From: Spirogloea muscicola
Taxonomy: Eukaryota
Assembly (NCBI GenBank): GCA_009602725.1
Contig: WELB01000014.1
Location: 970,437-1,034,436 of the forward strand
DNA: 64,000 bases
Reading direction: 5' to 3'
The translations under genes were made by a program, and so were the position numbers. The notes beneath the pieces were generated by a model. It saw only the letters and a program-made list of their open reading frames with translations, was not told where the DNA came from and searched no databases. Positions 29,699 through 42,971 of the stretch are shown in pieces; position 1 is the first letter of the stretch; every line of letters begins with the position of its first letter.

Positions 29699-32600
29699 AT
29701 GGCGGCGCAGGCTTCGGCCGCCGCCGCCGCCGTGATCGTCGCTCTGATGCTGACGGCTGGCGGCGCGGCGGCTCGGCATGGCGGCGGCGATGGCTCTGCC
29801 GTTGAGAAGTGGGAGGTGACGGCGCTCCCGGGCTTCCAGGGCGAGTTCGCCTCCCGCCACTACGCCGGGTGCGACGCTAAACCCTGACCCCCAAATCCCT
29901 AATCCTTAACCCTGACCTCATGCCCCTAAACCCTAAACCCTTACCCTAAACCCAAACCTAAACCCTCAGACCTCAGCTCCTAAACCACCCCTCTTCCGCC
30001 CACCCGCCGCCGCCGCGACCGGCGCCGCCATAACCGCCGCCGCGGCCGCCGCCGCTGCTGATCCGACTGTCAGAGAAATGTTTCACATAAGGCATTCAGA
30101 GAGACTTTCGAGTTCGTGATTTAGACAAAGTTGAACTTTCTGCCGCTTTTTACTCCAGATACGTGGCGGTCTTTCAACATTAGTATCGTAGAGAAAGTTT
30201 CACATATTATGGATGAAGTTGACCTTTCTCTTTCTCTATGCTCCAGGTATGTGGCTGTCGGCGATGGCGACCGGCAGCTTTACTACTACTTGACGGAGTC
30301 GCAGCGCGCGCCTTCGGATGATGCGCTCATCCTCTGGCTCAACGGCGGGCCGGGCTGCTCCAGCTTCGATGGCTGGGTGTACGAGCACGGTACTGCCGCT
30401 GCTGCAGCTGCTGCACAGCCCCTCCTGTACCTAGATCCTAAACCCGTGTGCCTAAGCCCTAGACCCGAAACCCTGAACCTTTAAACCCTAATTCTAAACC
30501 CCAAACAATCTCAACTCAGATGCCTGAGAAGCCAAACACCCAATCCCTTACTGTCACTATCAGAACCTGAAATCTTGAGCCTAGGTTCCTACAATTCAAG
30601 TAATTGAAGCTCTCATAATTCGTAAGTTCAGCATCTTGTGAACCCTAAATAGTAGAAGCTGGGCCATAACCGCGGCTTCTGTCACGAGGTGTTATAGGCT
30701 CGCTGAGGCCCACAGCTCCGAGGCCCTTGATTCTCATGACGCCGCAGCCGCCGCCGCATGCCAGGGCCGTTCAACTTCGTCCCGGGCGCAGAGCCCGGCA
30801 CCCTCCCCACGCTCGTCGCCAACCCCTTCGCCTGGTCCACGGTGCGCCGCTGCGCTGCTCAAGTTCCTGAGAGCTCCGCGGCCTGGGCTCAGATCGGTGA
30901 AAGCTCGGGGTTGTGGTTTTATAGTGCAGGGTGGAGGTTTAAAATGCATAGGGATTAGGGTTAGGCTTCATCATTTGGGTTTCCGGTTTAGTTCCAAATT
31001 TGATTCCAGGCCTTCTATAGGTCAAGCGTTCAAGACCGCCCGGTAGCAAATGCCCGTCGTCAAGCTCTCCACTGCCGGCTAAATGAAGTCATTCAGTTGC
31101 TAACTGCCATCCTTGCTGAGCTTGCCGGCGCCAGATTGCGAGCATCCTCTACGTGGACTCTCCAGCGTGTGTGGGCTTCTCCTACTCGACCTCCCGCGCT
31201 GACTGTGAGACTGACGACTTCCAGACAGCTCGCGACCTCCACGAGTTCCTCCTGAAGGTCTGCAATTTGATTATCTGACCGTCTGTGTATCGAGCAGCGT
31301 TACTGGGCCGAAGTTGCAAGGTTAAATGACAACTTAGTAAAAGGATGCTTGATATAAGAAAGCATTGCGCTCCCTCTCTCCTCCTGCAGTGGCTGCATGC
31401 ATTCCCAAAGTTTCAAGGCAACCCATTCTATGTGGCGGGCGAGTCGTACGGCGGCATATACGTGCCTATGATTGCCTGGGAGGTGGCCAAAGGTGAGCCT
31501 CTGCTGCTGGCAGAGGGTTGCCTGCTCGATCTTTTCATGGGTTTCATGGGCTCGATGCCGTCCGGCAGCGTGCGCCACGGACTAGTCTAATATGACGTGA
31601 TTTTCTTTCAATGAAAGCTCTGCAGGCATCCACGAGGGTGTGCAGCCGCGTATCAGTTTCCAGGTAAATTGACGACTTTAGCCACTGTACTTCATCTCAG
31701 CTTTCTGTAGATCATAAAGCAGAGACCGTGGCCATTAAATAACAATGATAGCACAGCATCCTGCCTCTGCACTTGATTGTTGACTGCGAGGGTGCTCTGC
31801 GCTTGCGAATCAAGTTGTGACCTGTAGCGTAGACTCAGCCAAAAAGGATGCACAATAACAGGGCTATTGCCGCCAACCGCTTCTCGCCAGCAATGGCTGA
31901 CAAGCACGGGTCATCAAATGTGCTGGTGGTGCAGGGCTACATGGTGGGCAACGGCTGCACAGATGAGGTTTTCGACGGCAATGCGATCGTCCCTTTTGCT
32001 TACGGCATGGGTCTCATCAGCATCGATCTCTATGAGGTTCTTGCCCTTCCATCCTCCTCACTTACGTAAGCCCTGGTCCTCAAATGAGTGTGCACCTGAA
32101 CGCTTGGACCATGTTGTGAACCATCATCCTGACTCTTAACAGGACATAGTTATGTGCATTCTACTTAATCAAGCCAGCAGTATGTACCGGACCCCTGTTT
32201 TGTCAGGAGCAGGCCATGCGGAGCTTCTTGCTCTCGGCCCCTCCACCTCTTCAGATCTTTGCAATTTATTAGCGAAATGTGTGCCTTATGCTGGCTGCCA
32301 CCTAAAGCAGCTGCAATATTGTGAACAGGCTTGTCACAATTCACTCCACGATGTATGCCGGCATGACTGCTCTGGCTCACCAACTCAGAGCAGTGTATCA
32401 GACTGGCGGTGTTTGCTTGCCTAAGCCACGTCCGTGTTTTCCTACAACATGCGCCCCTTTTCGGTTGTGGCGGCACAGAAGCTGGAGAAGGCATGCCACG
32501 GGAGCTACTGGAATGCAACCGGCGCCTGCCTTGCCCTGCTCGACCATCTCTATGAGGTCAGTCCCTGTTCTGCAGCTCCTCGCTCTTGAGTTGGTCACTG

Positions 32601-34424
32601 AGCAGCAATTGTAGGCTTTGCATTCTACGTCCTGAGGGTCAGCTTTGGCCATGATATTTGATTTCCGATGTTGAGCTTTGTAAGGTGCACTACTTCAGAA
32701 GTTGAGATTTGTTAGGTACATCAATGGCCTGGTAACCTTTGACTTACCTCAAAGGCAGTGCATGATGTTAGCCAAGTGGCCAATTGGCTAAGAAAATGTG
32801 GCAGCTGATTGCTAATCGCAGAACAGCATATATGCATTGCCAGTCTGCAATGTGGAGCCCTCTTAGTAAGCTGCAGCAGAGCTTTCCTGTCCCGCCACAG
32901 GAGGTGGCCGACCTAGACATCTATGACATTCTCGAGCCTTGCTTCCACGACGACAAGGAGCCTCAGGCCAGCGGCGGCACTGGCGACGGCGGCAGTGGAG
33001 TCAAGCTCCCCTCCAGCTTCGTTGGTGCTACAGCTTTCTTCTTCCCCCTGCTCCGGTCTCCTCTCTTGCTGCTCCACAAGTGATAATATGAAGTAAGGTG
33101 GTGCACAGCCGCATGGTTGTACAAAAGTACTCAGCAGTTAGCATGATCCATAGCAGCAATCAAAAGTACGACAATGCACCAGACTTTTCCATCCGCTGGA
33201 CATTTCGTTTTGCTCTGCACTGCAGCCCTTTGCTTCATCGCGAATGGGCGAGCTTATGCATATTTCTTTCACCGATCTGATTTCCTGAGGGAGCAGGTCT
33301 GGGGAGGAGCAACCCACGTGCGCTGCCGGTGCGGACACGCATGGCTGGGCGAGCATGGCCGCTCAGGTCGCCAGTGCGCCCGGGCCGTGTGCCCATGTGG
33401 CCAGAGCTCGTGCAGCGGCAGGCGGGCAAGTCTGCTGGCGGTGACGACGGAGGCGGCGAGAGGGCCATCGTGTCAGGTGTTGTCGGGCTTGGTTCACCAT
33501 ATGTCCCATGCTTCGACGACGTCGTGGCTACCCTCTGGCTGAACGATCCAGATGTCCGGCGCGCCCTGCACGCCCGCCCAGTGAGCTTGTTGCACCTTTA
33601 CCTGGCATTGAGCTATATCAGAAGACTTTTTAAGACTGCTATGACTATGTTTGTCTTCATTGAGTCTGGTTTTTAGGACCTCCATTGCCCATTGTTAAAT
33701 GCAGAAGTGCAATTCAGAAATAAGGGCATCCTTATTGAGGACAGTCAGCGCCAGCTTCGAGCTTCTCTCATACTTTTGGTCCTAAATCTGCAGGCCGCTG
33801 AGATAGGAAGGTGGGAGCTGTGCACACAAAGCCTTCACTACAAGCACAATGCCGGCAGCATGATCCCTAAGCACCGCAGCCTTACGCTCGCCGGGTTCCG
33901 CGCTCTCATTTACAGGTAAAGGCATACGCGGCAGAATTACGCTCCGTGTCTCATCTGCTTGACACCCTAACACCATCCCCATGGTCTTGGCAGCCTTTCA
34001 CGTAGACTTCTGACTCATTGGCCACAACAAACCGATGATGACGTTGAATATTACTTTTCCGTTCTTTCATCTACACATATCCAGCAACGAACCAGCACAT
34101 ACTGATTTAGCATGCATATCAGAACCAGTATTGCGACCTTTGGTGTTGCTGGTATATCAACGACGGTGGGAATGCCGCAGTGGCGATCACGACATGTGCG
34201 TGCCATACACGGGTACGGAGAGCTGGACGAGGTCGCTCGGGTACCGCGTCACCGACCACTGGCGGCCATGGTTCTTGGGCGACCAGGTGGCTGGCTTCAC
34301 CCGCCGTTACGCTCACGGCTTGACGTTCGCCACCGTCAAGGGCGCCGGCCACACTGTGCCCGAGTACAAACCGGCCGAGGCACTTGCGATGCTCACCCGA
34401 TTCCTCAGTGACGAGCCGCTTTGA
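29699..34424 (+). CDS. Serine carboxypeptidase-like protein (S10, SCPL20/21 clade)
   Basis: Signal peptide, LPGFQG...[20 protein letters not shown], catalytic triad motifs GESYGG (Ser), GDHDMCVP (Asp) and GAGHTVP (His), plus [10 protein letters not shown]. Confidence 0.95.
29878..29987 (+). repeat. Degenerate plant telomeric (TAAACCC)n cluster in SCPL intron 1
   Basis: ctaaaccctgacc...cctaaaccctaaacccttaccctaaacccaaacctaaaccctc, starting about 10 nt after the donor site. Confidence 0.85.
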
Positions 34425-34877
34425 TGTCGGCCAAAGCCAGCATCTCTGAGCCACTGGCAGGCCAAGGTGATGGCTTCATGTAAACGAAGGCTCATAAGAT
34501 AATGTCTGTATCCTTTTCATATCTGCTTAACCTGGACATGTCTTGTGCCGGCAAAGCATGGCCCCTTGCATATACTTGGCACCTTGTGACACCTGCATTT
34601 GTATATCCTTAAAGAAGGAAACATCTGCTTTCAAAAGTGCAGGGACGATATGCATAAGTCTCGGCCCTGGCAGGCTCCAACAACTGAAGTAAAGATCAGG
34701 CAGGAGAATCAGTAGAAAGTAAGCCTTGGTGTTGACCAGATAATACTGTCATGAATATGTACATACTGCCCACAGGGTGGCACCTTTGCAGCGAAGCTCC
34801 TTGTGAAGCTCTTACAGCAAGGTATCGCAAGCGCAGAAGCAACATTGCAGCACCCCACATGGATGACGGTCAAGTTT

Positions 34878-37800
34878 CTACAGCTCAAGCACCTCGTCTG
34901 TTTTGGTTGCTGCTGCAATGGCCTTGGCCAGGAGCAACTTGTTGGAGATACGATACTGGACAGCTAGTGCGAGCGCGCGATCTGCCAGTGGCGTCCTGCC
35001 GTTCTGTGCGCCCTGTAGGGCAGCCAGGATTTGCAGGTCCTCATCCAGCGACGTCGGCATGCTCTGCAGGATCTCCCTGCACCGCTGAGCAATGGCAGCC
35101 ACTGCCAGGTTGACGTCGTGCAGCGTGAAAGGGGGCTTGCACTCGTCCTTTGCTGCGCTCTGCTGCAGGCTTTCACCGTCACTCTCCCACGTCCCCTCAT
35201 TGGCACCCTCATCGTGCTCCTCCTCACCAGAAGTCTCCTCCCACATTTGGTCATTGCTGTCCTGCAATGTTAGCAAGTGTGTCACATTGCACTGCGATCC
35301 GTTGCTTTCAACCAGCTTGTGCAGCGCAGCGAAGGCCGCCAGCAGGGCTGGGTCCACGACTCCGCCAATCCGGACTCCCGGCCCCGGACGGTATGGCAAG
35401 TACTCGTAACCCAGATCCCCCCACATGTTGACGAGCTCCCACCATGCCGCTGCCTGAGTGCCCGGCAGCAGCCCCACTTTGTCCACCTCCATGGCGCGTT
35501 GTGCTGCGGCCCACCCAAGGTCCTTCCTCAGGCCCTTGCACTGCAGAACATCGGGATGGTCCACCATGCCAAGTTGACCTCCAGCGTCACTGTATTTGGA
35601 GCAGTAAGTGTCGAATTTGTCTAAGAACCACCCGACGGCCTCCTGTAGCAGCACAAGTTACGACGAAGCGCGGGGAACACAGTTAGCTGCAGTCTGCAAG
35701 GTTGCTAGCAATCGCTTTGTACGCATGCCCTCAACTTTGTATTGAGGCACCAACATGCAGCGCATCTTGACTTCTAGTACTTGCTTACCTCCATATCCTG
35801 GAAAACATGAATGATGTCAAACGGGTTGTCTTCTTGCAGAAAACCTGTATGCAAGAGATGCAGATGAGCTTTTCAGTACACCTGCACCTGACCTCATATC
35901 TCTAACGGTCTGTCTACTGAATACGGCTCAATGACTGATGACCTATCCTGCTGCTACCCAGGTGTATGGTGGCTAGTAGCTGTCACTGACACGTATCATA
36001 GTAGCTGTCATTGTCCACAGCATCCGATGAACAAATGGCCCCACAACACTGGGGCTTGTCAATATTGAGCAGACCAACCATAATAAAGAAAAAGGTTGTC
36101 ATTGGGCCGTGGTCCAAAAGATGTAAATATTTCTTGACCCCTTTTGATGCTCCTCTTGGCAACAATCTCAAGCTTTCCATGCACTACCGGTTGGGACATC
36201 CAATCTGCCTGCACATTGTCATCACAGTCACTATGAAATCACTTAGGATGGAGAACAACACTGTCTACTTGCAGAAGTTTGCAAAGCCATCATCCTCTGG
36301 GCTAGCATATTGTGCTGCATTGCTGGCATGTCAAGATCTGTAAAGAAGGAACTTCTAGAATGAGCAGCAACATACAGCTCAGTCCATATTCACATTCTTA
36401 CATTGTTGTCATAATGATGATTGATCATGTCCATGAATGGCATCATAACAAAGTCTTGAAATTCGGCACCCCCTCCAACTGGCAATGTAAATGCACGGCT
36501 GAATACCATGGATGCAGCCCACTCTGCCACCCGGCCTCTGGCATCAGTGGATTGCAACACTTGGCCGCGCTCAGAAACCCAAGAGCGATACAAATGCCTT
36601 GTGTATAGCAAAATGTGAAGTCACAAGAACGATAAGCCATGCTTGCTCAAATGACAGCCAAAGGACATTCACATATGTAGATGAACCCACCTGTAGCATA
36701 GGCTATATGTATGCTTATGAGGTAATGTGTCGTGGACTTACCAAAGTCGTCAAGTGTTGCGGCTTTCAGAGGAGCAAGCAGATTGTATGCTTCAGTAACG
36801 CTCTTCCTTATCTGCTCGATTTTCTCAATCATGTGGTGCCACTGAACGTTTTTAACATCCTGCAGAACATGGAAGGCGCAGGGGCTTGTGGAAGCGCACA
36901 TGCAGAGGATCTCCACAACCTGCACAATGACCTCTATGTACCTGTCTTGCACCCTGCTCCTGACAGTGGCTTACATTCTCTACAAATAAGATGGACTCTG
37001 TGTAGTCTTGACCAACCTCAGGACGTAGGAAGATTGGCAAGGGTACTTGTCTTGGAAGAATGTTCAAATAAGGTGCCCAGTGTGACTGCTCTCCTTCTGC
37101 TCTGGAAAGAGGTCCAACATACAACATGATCAAACCCTGCCTTTCAAGTGATGTATGTGTCTTGACGTCACAAAGTTCTGCTAAGCCTATGAAACTTATG
37201 TCGGCGACAATAAGAGGCTGTTATAGCATTGTTTTATAGAGCAACTCAATCACGTGAGCAGGACTGAGCTCAGTCTATAACACTGTGAGCCACTACATGG
37301 AGCTTACGCTAGCTGTTGCGGGCCAAGTGTGACAGAGGGCTAGTACCGGGTTAGATAAGGAACTTACAGCTCCTGGAGTAGGAGTTGAGCAACTTCTGCC
37401 CACCCCGGTAGAGCGTCACTATGCTCCTCATTTAGTTGTCTGAGATGTAGGCCCAGCCTCAACTGGTCATGAAAACCACAGAGGCACTCAACAAACTTCT
37501 CCAGGGCCTTGCCATTGTTTGCCAGACTTCCAACACAGCTGCCGAGCTATGGGCGGGTTCGTAGCACTCACTGGTATAATGGACAAGCTTTCCCCCTGAG
37601 AGATATCCTCAACTGCATATAGACCTCTCCTCCCGCGATCTGGATCAGGCTGTATGCTGCTTTTGTTGCTCATCGTCAGCCCATTGATCTTGCACCAAGT
37701 AAGGAACTGGACAACAGTGGCATCAAATGGATGATAACTTAGTCGGTTGAAATGCTGGGAAAGCTGTCAACTGGTGACTTTTACCCAGTTGCTATGGAAG

Positions 37801-38408
37801 CTACATAAAGGGCCGTGACCGAAATAGAAATAACACATGCAGCATTTGCCAGCTTCTTCAATCACTGTAAACAGGGGGCATTCTGGATACGCTGGATGAT
37901 TTGGACGTGTTGCCATGGCGCACCTTGGCCAGGGCGCTTGGAGGGGTGCCCGCTGCATCCGGAGCTCGCACTGCGGCCCTCGTCTCGACAACCTCCTGGC
38001 CAGCCTGCATTGCCGAGGCGTAAATCAGCTGAAGTCATGACCAGGCACTGCAATGTATGCCGCCACTGTGACATCCCTCACACCGCTTCCGGCCTGGCGT
38101 CAAACGGTCGCCAGGAGCGGCCCGCAAGCTGGGGGCTGACTGCCGATTTGGCCGTATGTCATCGACGTCGGCAAGCCAGCCTAGAGCTTGTGCCTGCTGA
38201 CATGAGGTAGAGCTCGGGCACGAGCGCATTGCCCCTGCGGGCCCGCCCGCCGCTCGTATACCGTTTCGCTGATACTGGCAGAAGCGCTCGTTGTCGCCGC
38301 CGCCGTCGCCGCTGCCATTGCCGCAGCCGCTGCGACCAGCAGGTGAACCAGCAGCACGGGGCCCTCGCCGCACCCCCGGCGCCGGCGGCCCTGCTGCTGG
38401 CGTCCCAT
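34878..38408 (-). CDS. SET-domain methyltransferase with Rubisco-LSMT substrate-binding-like C-terminus
   Basis: GRRGLYAVEDISQGE (SET motif I), SHWAPYLNILP, WAASMVFSRAF, MPFMDMINHH, GQEIFTSFGPRPNDNLFLYYG, and C-terminal PTSLDEDLQIL...LAVQYRISNKLLL. Start at ATG 38408 is inferred. Confidence 0.85.
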
Positions 38409-39092
38409 GGCTGGCAGCCGACTGTCCGCCGGCCTCGACGGCAGAAAAGACGGCTCCGTCGCCGCCGCCGCCGCCGCCGCCGCCGCCCCCCCGCTGCCGT
38501 CGCCGCCGCCCGCCCCCCCAGCCGCCGCCGATGGCGGCGGCGTGTGCGGTGACGAAACTTGCAGGTTACGGTACGATAATTTTGGAAAGGTGACTTAAAG
38601 ATCAGTGGTGTTGTGGATTGCGGACGGACACCGTACCTGGAGCCCACGGGCGTCCAATCCGTGCATCTGCAAAGGCCACGCGCCAAGGATACACGATGCC
38701 CCAGATCTTCCGCGAACACCTTCGCGGGCGCGGGGGGTTGCCCCGCGGTGGAGTTCCGCTGCCGGGGAGAGGCGGGGATGCCCCCCCGCCAGCTCAGCTG
38801 GCCAGTCAGCTGAGCTGGCAGGTCAAAGCACACGTCATCGCCACCTCGGCAACCCTAAGACGGGTCCGAGACACCGTCATCTAGCGGCGCCAACCAGTGG
38901 GCACCACCGGACAGCGTGGCGGGCCCGTCGCCAGGCACTCTCCACGTCAGCGTCCATCGCGTGCGGTCGATGCCACCTCGGCTATTTTTTCAAACGGGTC
39001 CGATCGAGGTACCGTCACCTAGTGAACCAACCACTTTCCAGCGATGGTGCCACGTGGCAAGCCGCCGCGGGGCGTTCCCTCCACGTCGGCAN

Positions 39093-39309
39093 AGCACTCC
39101 GGCTCCTTCAGGCCTTGTCCATTCCTTTGGGCTGGCCTCTCCCGGCCACCAGTTAATTTGGCCGCGCTTGCTGAGCGGGCGCCGGGGTGGCACCGCTCGC
39201 GACGTTCGCTTACTGCTGTCTCAGTCCTTAGCACTCCGACTCCTTCAGACCTTGTCCATTCTTTTGGGCTGGCCTCTCCCAGCCACCAGTTAATCTGGCC
39301 GCGCTTGCT
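39093..39309. repeat. Two ~80-bp direct repeats, period 137 bp, next to a single-N join
   Basis: agcactccg(g/a)ctccttcag(g/a)ccttgtccattc(c/t)tttgggctggcctctccc(g/a)gccaccagttaat(t/c)tggccgcgcttgct at 39093-39172 and 39230-39309. Confidence 0.9.
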
Positions 39310-39589
39310 TCGCGACCACCAGTCACGGCCGACTGAGCCCCAAACCCCCCCTTCGTATAGATACAAAGCGTCTGCAAATGAGCGGGGCCGCCCGTCCGAG
39401 CCGCCACGTGTTGGCGCCAGGCCACGTGTCGGCGCCGCGAGGCCATGACCGCCGCACCCGCTGCCGCCGCCGCCGTTGCCGCCGCCGCCGCTGCCGCCGT
39501 CGCAGCCCTGGCCGCCGCCCATCACAAGCCTGGTGCTGCCATCGTCGTTGTAATTCTTTCTGATCCGGCCCCCTCCGCAACTTCTGCAG

Positions 39590-40232
39590 CGCGGCCACCA
39601 GCAGGCGCTCGAGGTCCTCCCGCAGTTCCTCGTCCTCCTCGTACTCGGAGGCCTGCAGGTCAAGCGCCGCCGCCATTGCCGGCATGCGCCCGGTGGCAGG
39701 CTCAAGCATGGGTGCAACGCAGTTTCCGTTGGCTTGGGAAGTGGCCTGATTAATATCTGACAGTTGTCTGTTGTCTTAAGCAAAACCCGTGTATTTGAAC
39801 GATTATTTGATGTTTCTGCATAAGTGCCGCATGCAGCACCCGTACACGGCAACTGTTGGCGGCGTGCTCTACCTCTTGGGTCGCTTCTTCTACTTTGCCG
39901 GCTACTCTCAGGGTGATCCGAGCAAGCGGCTTTCGGGCGGAGGCGGGTGAGCGACCCTCGTCGCTGTTGCCTTTGCGCAAGGGCTTCGCTTGTCCAGCTA
40001 GTACCCCATCTGTTGATTGCGTTCATGGCCTGGCGGTAGGATTGGAGTGTCTCAGAGATCAGCAGATGTGCTGTCCCCGCCTCATATATGGTTTTCTAGC
40101 TCCTGCTCGTCATCTGATTGGCCTGGTGTGAGGCGCAGGTTGTACGCAGTTGGCCTGCTCGTGGAACTCGCCTGCACCTTTTCGCTCTCCGTTCACCTCG
40201 GCGCGCAGCTGTTTGCACAAAAACGCGTCTGA
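39590..40232 (+). CDS. MAPEG family microsomal glutathione S-transferase 3-like, 3' exons only
   Basis: Exons 39590-39658 (RGHQQALEVLPQFLVLLVLGGLQ), about 39838-39946 (HPYTATVGGVLYLLGRFFYFAGYSQGDPSKRL) and about 40139-40232. N-terminal exons were not found. Confidence 0.8.
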
Positions 40233-41219
40233 GGTGCAGGCCTGGCGAGGCGGCTCGGTTTTTGGCTGTCCAGGCTAGGACTTTCAGCTGCGCAATTTCT
40301 GACAAGCTAATGGACTTGGTGGCTACACAGTCCACTGATGAAAATAGCCGCTTTCAAGCTCCACACTAAGGGAAGTCAGCTATATCCAGAGGCAAAAGGT
40401 GCCAATATTGCCACAATATCTTGTAACTCAATTGCGAGCTTGGTAACGGGCCTTCACATCCTTTCGTGGGATGGGAAGGATGTAGAGGCCCGTTATATGG
40501 TATACATACGCAAGCGAAGCAAATACAACAGTTCATCCATGCATGTGAGACAGGTGTGGAAAGACTTGCAAGACCCCTTGTCGTGCAAAGCACTTTGCGC
40601 CAATTAAACGAGGTGCCACGACTCTGCAGGTCGGTCTCTGATGCTCAGACACGGGCCCCTCAGGTGCCTCTCTCTCTGTTCAACAGGAGGAGATTGCTAA
40701 TCGCCCTCAATGATAACGTCTCAATCTTGACGGCCGGCCCTGAAGGCACGTGAAGTAACAGCCAATGTTTTTGTAACACCAAAGGATAACTATGCCAGAA
40801 TAGACAAGCTGTGAAAGAATTTGGGGTGAAAGATGCATCAATCGATTCAGAAGACAACGAGCACTCAGGAGCGTTGCACATGTGGAAATACTGGCTCCTG
40901 CAGCTTGTAAGACTCGGTCATCCGTGAATGCAGCCCTCTTGGTATTGCTGCGTACACTTACGAATGGCGACCACCAGAATCGAGTAACAGATACATAGTA
41001 GACAGAGTTGTAACCTCGTTATGCCTCCTCGCTGCTCGACATGATTTCTCATTTGTGTTCAGCTTGACAAAGTGTGCGGCTTGCCCTCACATGCGACATG
41101 TTTTTAAGTTGATTAAAGAGGCCAACCCAGTAGTCCAGCTCTAATTATTAAATGGCAAGGCATGTAATAAAGCCATGAATTTGTGTAATATTTATCAAAG
41201 GTAATGTGTGAGGGCTGCA

Positions 41220-42451
41220 TCAGGGCGGCAGCTCGTCAGGAGTGGACACGCCATCAAGCGGGTCCAATGTGAGATTCGGGAAAGTCTCAACAACAACCGA
41301 CTTAGCCAGGTGGCGGGCGCGGGCGACCAGCTCGCCCTCGACAAGAGTCCGCATGAGCGTGTCAAACTCGGCAACGGCAGTGCCGCTGCGCCGGGCGTCC
41401 GCCCACCATTCGCTTCCCTCTGCCCAGAGTGACGAGAAGTCTGCTAGAGTGCGGGCGTCGTATAGCGCTCGCAGGGCGTCGAAGAAGCCCGGCATGGCCT
41501 CGTCAGTTGCGACAAAGAGCCGGCGGCCTGGAGCGATCCCCAGCCGCGGGAGGATGCGCAGCAGCGCCTGTGGGCGTGTGTCGGCGTCGAGGTGCGGCCA
41601 CCTGGTGTGGTCGGCGGCACGAGCGCCGCGCTGCACGCGGACGGCGTCAAAGTCCCACCGCAGTGCGAGGCAGATGCGGTCAGTGAGGCGCGCCAGCGGC
41701 GGCGCGAGCTGCAGCGTCGTAGCCGGCAGGGGGAGCCCGGCATCGCCTTCGCACACGGCGCCCGGTCCGCGTCCGCCCGCCCGGATCCTCCGCCGCACAA
41801 CCTGGGTGGCCTGGCCCACGAGCTTGGCGGTCGGCACCGTCTCGTCTACTTCGCACACCGTCACCTGCAGCGATCGCTCTGGCCACGTCACATTGCTGGC
41901 AGCCAGTGGCGGCCCCACATGGCATGCTGAGTGAAGGACCAAGGTCTATCATACTTAGGGTCAAGGCTCGTGGTCAGGGAATGGTGTTGAGATCCAGAGA
42001 CGGGATTGTACTGAGGAACTCAAGTCACAAGAAATCACGTTTGTTAAGAAAGAAAATTAGCAAAACAACATAGATGGAGCAGTGATGGTCTCTCAGAGCT
42101 GGGACATACGACTGGGTTTTGGAGGAATGTGCGTGCTCCACCCCAGTGAGCTCTGTGGAACCGATAATGGGCTTTAGGCCAATTGTACTTGAAGCAGTCT
42201 CATTAGACGGTTATGTCTAATGCGTATCTGTTAAGTCTAATGGGTATCTAACAGATGTGCACCTTACGGCTGGGGTGGAAGACGTTCCAGGCCTCCCAGT
42301 GGGCCAGGAGCTCAGCGCGGCGCACCGTCGGCACCGCCGCCTCCAGGCGCTCCAGGTCGTAGTACGAGCGCCAGTCGCCGACGCCGCCGCCGCCACCGCC
42401 CGCCGCCGGCGGCAGGCAGAGCTCGGTGTCCAGCACGAGCGCGCGGCCGAG
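41220..42451 (-). CDS. SUB1/At4g08810-like O-fucosyltransferase-fold protein, 3' part (truncated at N 42452)
   Basis: LGRALVLDTELCL...DWRSYYDLERL (exon 42263-42451), then exon 41220-41864 with WDFDAVRVQRG...WPHLDADT...GRRLFVATDE...FFD...EFDTLMR...ETFPNLT, matching this plant family. Confidence 0.8.
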
Positions 42452-42452
42452 N

Positions 42453-42971
42453 CGCGCCTGCCAGCTCGCCCAGCACCCGGGCGTCCACGTTGACCTGGGC
42501 GCAGGTGAGGGCCACGGGCATCTCAAGACTAGGGTTCAAGAGATTACAATTAGGTTACTTTTAGGTTTAAGTCTAAGTTTAGGTTTAGGCTTGGGCTTAG
42601 GTTCAGTATTAGCGTGGCAGCGCAACAAGACAACGGCCGTCCAGGCAAGCGCACGCCCGAGCCTTGAACCCTCAATCCCAAACCCTGAGCTAAACTCCAT
42701 AGCTTCACCGCAACGGCGGCGCCTCACCTCGGCGAGGTCATTGACCAGGACGCCGATGCGCCGGCCCCCCGTAGCCGCCAGCGCCCCGCTCAGCACCGTC
42801 GTCTGCGGCGGCGGCGGCGGCGGCGGTGGCGTCGGCGTCAAAGTGCCGGAGGGCGGGAAACGGCGCAACGGCTGCGGCGGCGGCCTGGCGGCGGCGGCTG
42901 TGCCCCCGCACCTTGCCGGCTCCCAAGAAGCCCGTCAGCACCGTCACCGGCACCGCTCGGCGGGGCCGCAT
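42453..42971 (-). CDS. CobW/COG0523 family P-loop GTPase (metallochaperone), N-terminal fragment
   Basis: Three exons (42912-42971, 42728-42802, 42453-42494) splice to MRPRRAVPVTVLTGFLGAGK|TTVLSGAL...RIGVLVNDLAE|VNVDARV, the canonical CobW Walker A and VND motifs. Confidence 0.85.

Noticed and set aside
29878..30505. Chromosome end or true interstitial telomere
   Set aside because: Repeats are short, degenerate and inside introns of an intact gene.
39093..39309. Repeat-spacer-repeat layout resembling CRISPR
   Set aside because: Only two 80-bp units, eukaryotic context, no cas genes.
41242..41934. 230-aa plus-strand ORF and many similar Arg/Ala/Pro-rich ORFs
   Set aside because: Antisense shadows of GC-rich coding exons.
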